Origin: Myxococcota bacterium
GTDB lineage: Bacteria > Myxococcota_A > Polyangia > Polyangiales > Sandaracinaceae
DNA length: 64,000 nt
Direction: 5' to 3'
NCBI GenBank assembly: GCA_036149055.1
Contig: JAYZQJ010000031.1
Span: 1 to 64,000, forward strand
Shown piece by piece: positions 57,977 to 64,000 of this stretch. The position numbers and the translations under genes were made by a program. A model generated the notes under the pieces. That model did not search any database. It was given only the letters and a program-made list of their open reading frames with translations, and was not told the DNA's origin. Within the stretch, counting starts at the first letter, position 1. Each line of letters begins with the position of its first letter.

Positions 57977-60900
57977 TCACCCTCCGCGGAGGGCGGCGGG
58001 CGGGGCCGCGGGAGGCGCGAACCGGTAGCCCACCTCGCCGCGAAGCTCGGAGGCGATGGGGAAGCGGGCCGCGTCGAGGCGGTTGAGCGCCTCCTCGCAG
58101 TGGCGCGAGCGCGCGTCGAACCACCGGGCGCGGGTGGCGGCGGTCAGGCAGTGCTCGTAGCGCTCGATCGCGGCCCGCTCGATCGGGTGGACCACCTCCA
58201 GGATCGCCGCCTCGTAGAGGGCCAGCAGCTCGTCGTCGCGCGCGATCGCGTCCGGCACCGGGCTCTCGAGGAGCTGCGACGCCAGCTCGGCGCGCATGTC
58301 GCCGAGGCGCGAGGCGGCGGCGATGCGCCAGCGCGGGATGCCGAGCGGCGCGACCCGGGCGTACGCCTCCTCCGCCGCCGCGAGCCGGGCCTGCTTCTCT
58401 TCGAGCCAGGGCCGCAGCTCTCGCTCCGACCAGCGCTGGACGCGGATCACGGTCGCGGTGCCGTGGAAGGTCGGGAAGCGCAGGGCCTCGAAGGCGCGGC
58501 GCCTCTGCTCGGCGAGCTGGTAGTGGGCCTCGCTCGCCGCGTCCCGCAGCAGGGTCAGCTCGAGCTGCCGCTCCTCGTCGGTCCCCTCCAGCGCGAGCGC
58601 CGCCTCCTCTCCGCCGCGCTCGTGGATCGCGATCGCCGCCCGCCACCCGGGCTCCGCGCGCTCGACCCGCTCCAGCGCGAGCCAGCCGCGAGCCGCGAGC
58701 ACGTGGGCCCGCGCGAGCTGCGAGGGGGTGGCGTGCCGGGCGTGGCGACGGATGAAGTCGGCGTAGTGCCGGGTCAGTCGCCGCGGGTCGCCCTCGAAGA
58801 GCGCGCCGACCGCGAAGTCGATCCGGGCCACCGCCTCCGGGCGCCGCCGCCCGAGAAGACGCGCGGCGAGCGCGGCCGCCTCCAGCGCCTCGTCGGTCTG
58901 CCCGAGGCCCATGCGGAAGAGCACCGCGTCTTGCAGGCCCTCGGCCGGATCGGGGCAGGGCTGCCCCTCGAGCGGCGCGCAGCTCGCGTGGGCCTCGGCG
59001 TAGCGCTGGTAGTGCTCGGCCGCGAGCCCGTACATCGCCAGGGCGTGGTAGCTCGCGCCGTTCTGATGGAGCGCGCGGATCGCGAGCTCCCGCCGCTCCG
59101 GGTAGGCGCGCACCAGGGCCGCCCGGACCCGGATCGCGCGCCCGAGGAGCCGGGCCGCCTCGAAGGCGATGGCCGCGTTGTAGAGGTAGCGAGGCGCCTC
59201 GTCGCAGCGGCGCCGGGCGAGGGCGACGTAGGCCTCCGCCGCCTCGCGGTGACGGCCCGCCTCGGCGGCGTCGTACGCCTCCTGGGCGCCGAGCCGGCAG
59301 CTCAGCGGGGCGAGCGCCTCGCACACCTCGGCGTGGCGCGGGCAGTGCGCGGCCTCGACCCGCGGGATCGCGGCCCGCAGGGCGTCGAAGCAGACCGCCT
59401 GGCCCCGCCGCTCCGCCAGCACGCCGAGGCTGTCGAGCCAGAGGTTCGCCGCGAACGGGCCCACCTCGGAGTCCGGGTGATCCAGCGCCACCCGCTCGAA
59501 GAGCGCGGCGGCGTCCGCGAACCGGTTCGCCTCGTAGTGCAAACGCGCCCAGCGATAGAGCACCACCGGCCGCTCGGGGTGCTCGGGGGCGGCGCAGGCG
59601 AAGCGGTGGAAGGTGCGGGCCATGCGCGCCTCCTCCGCGGTGAGCGCCCGCGCGGTCAGGGCCTCGTCGCTCGGCGTGCCCGGAGGCTCGCGCGAGCCGA
59701 GGTGGCGGTCGTAGCAGAGCACCGCCCCGTAGGCGGCGTCGGCGGCGAGCTGACCGCCGGGCGCCGCGTCGAGCGTCGCCTCGAAGGACGCCGCGCACGC
59801 GGACCAGCGCTGCATCTCGAAGAGGAGATCCGCGCGGTGGAAGTGAAGCTGCGCCCGCGTCGGTCGGTCGCGCGCGTCGATGCGGTCGAGGGTGAGCGCG
59901 TCGAAGCGCGGGTAGGCGTCGAGCACCAGCCCGTACATCGCCTCCGCCTCTCGCAGGGTCGCCGCGTCGCGCGTGCCGGGCTGGTCCTCGGTCCCGACGG
60001 CCTCGCGGTGCCACGCGGTCGCGAGCAGGACGAGGGTCGTCGCCGCCTCCGCGCCGCACGCCCCGGGCGCCGTCGCGATCAGGCGCTCCGCCTCCTGCCG
60101 CTGCGCCGCCTTCGGGGCGGAGGCGATGGTCGCGTCGAGCACCCGGAGCTGCCAGCGACAGCGGGCGCCGCCCGGGCGCTCGGCGATGAGCTGGCGGTGC
60201 ACGCCGGCGCTCTCCGTCCACTGCCCGGTGTCGTGGTAGAGCGCGCCGAGCGACTCGAGCATCTCGAAGGCCTCCGCCTCGCCCGCCGCCACCCGCCGGA
60301 AGAACGCCAGCGCGCGGTCGGGCCGAGCGACCCGGGCGTAGGGCAGGACGAGCTCGCGGCGGGCCTGCCGGGCGAGGGCGTCGGCGTTCGTCTCGTCCGG
60401 GTGATCGCGCAGGTGGGCGAGGAGCTGCACGAAGGCGTCGAGCGAGCCGCGGAAGTCCTCCCGGTTGTAGCGGACCCAGGCGAGCTTGTAGCGCGCGTAG
60501 CCGAACACCGGGTTCCGGGCGGGCGGGATGCCGAGGACGCGCTCGTAGAGCTGCTCGGCGGCGTCGAGGTCTCCCCCGGCGAACGCGTGCTCGGCGAAGG
60601 CGAGCCACGCCTGGGGCACGAAGCGGCTCTGCGGGAAGGCGCGGAGGAGCCGCTGGTAGACCATGCGGGCGCGCGAGCGCTGCCCGATCGCCTCGAGGTG
60701 CAGCGCCAGCGTGTAGAGCGTCACGTCGAGATCGCGGCGGTCCGGGTGGTCGGCCACCACGCGGGCGAGCGCCCGGATCGCGCCGTCACGATGCACGCGC
60801 GCGTCCTGCTCCAGGTGCCGGCGCGCGTCCTCGAGCCGCTGACGCTCGGCGCCCTCCGCCCGATGCACCGGGCCGTCGAGCGCGCGCGCCCGGCCGGTGG

Positions 60901-61303
60901 ACTCGCGACGCAGCTCGTCGTGCGTCATCGCGAGGCGCTCGAGCACGTCGGCGTGCCGTGGATCGCTGGGGCCCGTGCGCTGCGCGAGGCGCTCGAGCAC
61001 CGTGAGCTCTCGCTCGAGCAGCCCGCGCGCCCGGGGCGGGGTCTCGGCGCCCCGGGTCGGATCGATCTCGATCCCGGGCGCGGTCTCGCCGCTCGGGCGC
61101 GCCGACGGCGTCGCGCTGGGCAGCGCGGAGGGCGGCGCTCTCCGGCGCGCGGGCCGGGCCGCCTCGACGCCCTCGCAGGAGATGGCCGCCTCTGGAGGCA
61201 CGCAAGCCTCCTGGGCGTGCACGAAGGTCGGGGCCAGGCACACGGCGAGCGCGCAGATCCATGCGCGACGCCGCGCGCGGCCCGGGTGGGTCGCGTCGGA
61301 CAT
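57977..61303 (-). CDS. Large exported TPR protein, AgmU/GltD-like
   Basis: Signal peptide; many TPR helices; YARYKLAWV.YN, LGALYHDTG and WHREA segments recall the myxobacterial gliding protein AgmU/GltD (family call from memory). Confidence 0.7.
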   Translation of the reverse strand: MSDATHPGRARRRAWICALAVCLAPTFVHAQEACVPPEAAISCEGVEAARPARRRAPPSALPSATPSARPSGETAPGIEIDPTRGAETPPRARGLLERELTVLERLAQRTGPSDPRHADVLERLAMTHDELRRESTGRARALDGPVHRAEGAERQRLEDARRHLEQDARVHRDGAIRALARVVADHPDRRDLDVTLYTLALHLEAIGQRSRARMVYQRLLRAFPQSRFVPQAWLAFAEHAFAGGDLDAAEQLYERVLGIPPARNPVFGYARYKLAWVRYNREDFRGSLDAFVQLLAHLRDHPDETNADALARQARRELVLPYARVARPDRALAFFRRVAAGEAEAFEMLESLGALYHDTGQWTESAGVHRQLIAERPGGARCRWQLRVLDATIASAPKAAQRQEAERLIATAPGACGAEAATTLVLLATAWHREAVGTEDQPGTRDAATLREAEAMYGLVLDAYPRFDALTLDRIDARDRPTRAQLHFHRADLLFEMQRWSACAASFEATLDAAPGGQLAADAAYGAVLCYDRHLGSREPPGTPSDEALTARALTAEEARMARTFHRFACAAPEHPERPVVLYRWARLHYEANRFADAAALFERVALDHPDSEVGPFAANLWLDSLGVLAERRGQAVCFDALRAAIPRVEAAHCPRHAEVCEALAPLSCRLGAQEAYDAAEAGRHREAAEAYVALARRRCDEAPRYLYNAAIAFEAARLLGRAIRVRAALVRAYPERRELAIRALHQNGASYHALAMYGLAAEHYQRYAEAHASCAPLEGQPCPDPAEGLQDAVLFRMGLGQTDEALEAAALAARLLGRRRPEAVARIDFAVGALFEGDPRRLTRHYADFIRRHARHATPSQLARAHVLAARGWLALERVERAEPGWRAAIAIHERGGEEAALALEGTDEERQLELTLLRDAASEAHYQLAEQRRRAFEALRFPTFHGTATVIRVQRWSERELRPWLEEKQARLAAAEEAYARVAPLGIPRWRIAAASRLGDMRAELASQLLESPVPDAIARDDELLALYEAAILEVVHPIERAAIERYEHCLTAATRARWFDARSRHCEEALNRLDAARFPIASELRGEVGYRFAPPAAPPAALRGG

Positions 61304-61435
61304 GAGACTCCTCCTCGGGCGCGCGCCCTCCTTCTCGCGAGGAGGGAGCCGCCGCTCTCGTCGCGCGACGGTGGGGTGGCCGCCGCGCCGGATACGTGCT
61401 TGGAGGACGCGGGCGGGCGGTCCTTGGGTCTCTTT

Positions 61436-63817
61436 TCAGGACTCGAGCGCCTGGTCGACCGCGCGCGCGAGGCCGTCCACGTCGAACGGCTTGGGCAGGA
61501 AGCCCTTCGCGCCGTCGGCGATGAGCGGCGTGACCTCGGCCTCGGAGTAGCCGCTCATGATCAGCACGCGCTGCTCCGGGACCCGCGCCCGGATGGCGGC
61601 GAAGGCGCGGGGGCCGTCCATGCGAGGCATCACCATGTCGAGCAGCACGAGCTCGTACCGCGCCCCGCTCTCCACCCGGGCCAGCGCCTCGTGGCCGCCG
61701 TGCACGCACTCCGGCGTGAAGCCGAGGCGCTTGAGCAGCCGGGCGGTGGCGCGGGCGAGCGGCTTCTCGTCGTCGACCACCAGCACCCGCCCGGTCCGGA
61801 CGCGGTGCGCGGGCGCGTGGCTCTCGCGCTCGGGCTCGCTCGGCGCGGCGAGCGGCAGACGGATGCTCGCGGTGGTGCCGACGCCCACCTGGCTGTCGAG
61901 CGTGATCGTGCCCTCGTGGCTCTCGATGCAGCCGTAGACCATCGACAGCCCGAGCCCGGTGCCCTCCCCCTTGGGCCGCTTGGTGAAGAACGGCTCGAAG
62001 GCGCGCAGGATCGTCTCGTCGCTCATGCCGCAGCCGGTGTCGTGCACCGTCAGCAGGAGGCGCCCCTCCTCGACCCGCGTCGCGATCGTCAGGCGCCCCT
62101 CCCCGCCCATCGCGTCGACCCCGTTGAGGCAGACGTTCGTGATCGCGTGGGCGAGCTGATGAGGGTCACCCTCGATCACGTCGGGCGACGCGTCGAGCTG
62201 CTGCACCACCTCCACCCGCTCCCGGAAGGTGCCGCGGAGCACGGTGAGCGCGTCTCCGATCACCGAGTGGAGCGACACGCGGGTCCGGATGCGCTTGCCG
62301 CGGCGGGCGAAGCCGAGCAGGTTGGCGGTGAGGTCGCGGCCGCGCACCGCCGAGCGAACGATCGACGAGGCGTCGTCGCGCTGCCGGCTCCGCTCGGGGA
62401 GCTCCTGCTCGAGCAGCGTCGCGAAGCCGACGATCGACCCGAGCACGTTGTTCATGTCGTGGGCCACGCCGCCGGCCAGGCGCCCGAGCGCCTCGAGCTG
62501 CTGACGGTGCCGCATCTCCTCGGTGAGCTTGGCGTGCTCCGCCTCGCGCTCGGCCCGCGCCTCGATCTCGGCCCGCAGGCTCGCGTTCGCGTTCGAGAGC
62601 GCCTCGGTCCGCTCGGCGACGATCTCCTCGAGGTGGGTCTTGTGGGTCTCGAGCGCGCGGCGATAGCGCTGGATCCGGTCGGCGAGCGCGAGCGAGAGGA
62701 GCAGCCCCTCCACCGCGAAGGCGATCTGGAACGCCTCCGCCGAGACGCCCACCGGCGGGAGCAGGCCGAGGGCGTTCAGGAGCGAGACCGCGACGCCCAG
62801 CACGAGCGCGCCATAGGAGAGCACGAACCACCGGGCCGGGCTGAATCCGTCGCGCCAGCGCCGGACGCCCAGCGCGACGGTGAACATCAGGATCACCAGC
62901 ACGAAGACCGCGCCGCCGACCTGCCAGAGCGCGCCGAAGCAGAGCGGCGTGAGCACGATGAAGCCGAGCACGGCGCCCGCGATCCACTGCATCGCCTGCT
63001 CGGCGCGCGGGAGGTGCCGTCGCAGCGACAGGAAGGTGGAGGTGAAGCCCACCATGAAGAAGGCGCTGGTGCCGATCAGCACCACCGTGCCCACCGAGTT
63101 CCACCACGTGGCCCGAGGCCAGAGGTGCTGGAAGCCGAGCCCCGAGTGCGTCGCGCTCAGCAGGCCGACGCTCACCACGTAGAGCACGTACCAGAGGTAG
63201 CTGCGGTCGCGGAGCGAGACGAAGAGGAAGAGGTTGTAGAGCGCGAGGCCCCCGAGCAGCCCGAACAGCGCCCAGTGCCAGGCCGCGTCGACGCGCTCCA
63301 CCCGCGCGTACGCCGCCGGCGTGGACCAGCGCAGCGGCACCTCGAGCGGGCTCGTCGAGCTGACGCGCAGGAGGTACCGATGCCGGCCCTCGGGCGCCTC
63401 GAAGGTGGGGCCCAGCGAGTCGCGCGGCCAGGCGCCGTGCGGCACCGCGTCGCCGGCGCGCTGCACGTCGAAGCCGTCGCCCTCCACCCGATGGAGCTCG
63501 GCGAGGTCGAGCGGCGGGTACTCGATCGCGAGCAGCCCGGGCTCCGGCGCGTCGACGGTGAAGCGCAGCCAGTGCGCGCGGTCGGTGATGCCGAACGAGA
63601 GGTGGTGCCGATCGGTGGGGCGAAAGTCCTCACGCGCGAGCACCTCACGCGCCGAGCGCGGGCGGTCGTCGGGCTCGACCCACACCTCGACGTGCCCGGC
63701 GAGCGAGACCCGATCCCCCTCGGGGACCAGCGGCTCGACCGGCCCGGTGGGCGCGGAGCACGCCATCACGGCGAGCGCGAGGCACACCGGGGCCACCGAA
63801 CGGAGCTGCACGGACAC
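61436..63817 (-). CDS. 7TM-DISM hybrid histidine kinase/response regulator
   Basis: 7TMR-DISMED2-like HWLRF; LALYNLFLF..RDRSYLWY; LLSLALADR; GGVAHDMNN; receiver VLVVDDE. Confidence 0.9.
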   Translation of the reverse strand: MSVQLRSVAPVCLALAVMACSAPTGPVEPLVPEGDRVSLAGHVEVWVEPDDRPRSAREVLAREDFRPTDRHHLSFGITDRAHWLRFTVDAPEPGLLAIEYPPLDLAELHRVEGDGFDVQRAGDAVPHGAWPRDSLGPTFEAPEGRHRYLLRVSSTSPLEVPLRWSTPAAYARVERVDAAWHWALFGLLGGLALYNLFLFVSLRDRSYLWYVLYVVSVGLLSATHSGLGFQHLWPRATWWNSVGTVVLIGTSAFFMVGFTSTFLSLRRHLPRAEQAMQWIAGAVLGFIVLTPLCFGALWQVGGAVFVLVILMFTVALGVRRWRDGFSPARWFVLSYGALVLGVAVSLLNALGLLPPVGVSAEAFQIAFAVEGLLLSLALADRIQRYRRALETHKTHLEEIVAERTEALSNANASLRAEIEARAEREAEHAKLTEEMRHRQQLEALGRLAGGVAHDMNNVLGSIVGFATLLEQELPERSRQRDDASSIVRSAVRGRDLTANLLGFARRGKRIRTRVSLHSVIGDALTVLRGTFRERVEVVQQLDASPDVIEGDPHQLAHAITNVCLNGVDAMGGEGRLTIATRVEEGRLLLTVHDTGCGMSDETILRAFEPFFTKRPKGEGTGLGLSMVYGCIESHEGTITLDSQVGVGTTASIRLPLAAPSEPERESHAPAHRVRTGRVLVVDDEKPLARATARLLKRLGFTPECVHGGHEALARVESGARYELVLLDMVMPRMDGPRAFAAIRARVPEQRVLIMSGYSEAEVTPLIADGAKGFLPKPFDVDGLARAVDQALES

Positions 63818-63850
63818 TCCGAACGGCGGCTTCGGTCCGAGGCTGAGGGA

Positions 63851-64000
63851 TCAGGACGCTTCCGGCTCGGGTCCGGCCGCGTCGACCCCGGTGGCGTGCA
63901 GGGCCACGAGGCGCGCGTCGATGTCCTCGAGGAGCGCCCGGGCGACCGGCTCGTCGATCACCCCGCTCCGCTCGGCGTCCTCGACCGCCTTGCGCTCCGC
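63851..64000 (-). CDS. 3' end of a gene running off the window, possibly a CPA1 Na+/H+ antiporter C-terminus
   Basis: Manual translation AERKAVEDAERSGVIDEPVARALLEDIDARLVALH..EAS*, stop at 63851-63853. Confidence 0.45.
   Translation of the reverse strand, partial: AERKAVEDAERSGVIDEPVARALLEDIDARLVALHATGVDAAGPEPEAS

Overview
Very GC-rich chromosomal window whose gene content (Cys-rich and PPC-domain lipoproteins, two Ser/Thr kinases, an AgmU-like TPR protein) points to a myxobacterium; the taxonomy is inferred. Its core is a divergently transcribed type VI secretion cluster (about 18.9-45.1 kb): tssC, tssB, tssA, tagF, tssM, tssL, tssK, tssJ on the minus strand and hcp, tssE, tssF, tssG, clpV, fha on the plus strand. 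The cluster has no recognisable vgrG or PAAR gene, has a TssA with two ImpA_N domains, and carries an extra single-chain TssB-TssC-like gene. The flanks hold the pntAA/pntAB/pntB transhydrogenase operon, a caspase/PPC lipoprotein group, sensor kinases, and a candidate B12/bilin photoreceptor operon (ABM monooxygenase, globin-like/B12-binding protein, histidine kinase). The best candidate for an undescribed system is the tightly coupled operon at 8731-11580: two small proteins that each resemble a very divergent Ku core, followed by an atypical ATP-dependent DNA ligase with a WGR-like C-terminus, which suggests heterodimeric-Ku end joining. Three families of interspersed palindromic repeats occur, one of them inserted in frame in a GNAT gene, and many genes show a leaderless-promoter signature. 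No rRNA, tRNA, CRISPR array or transposase was recognised. All family calls come from motif reading by eye, not database searches.
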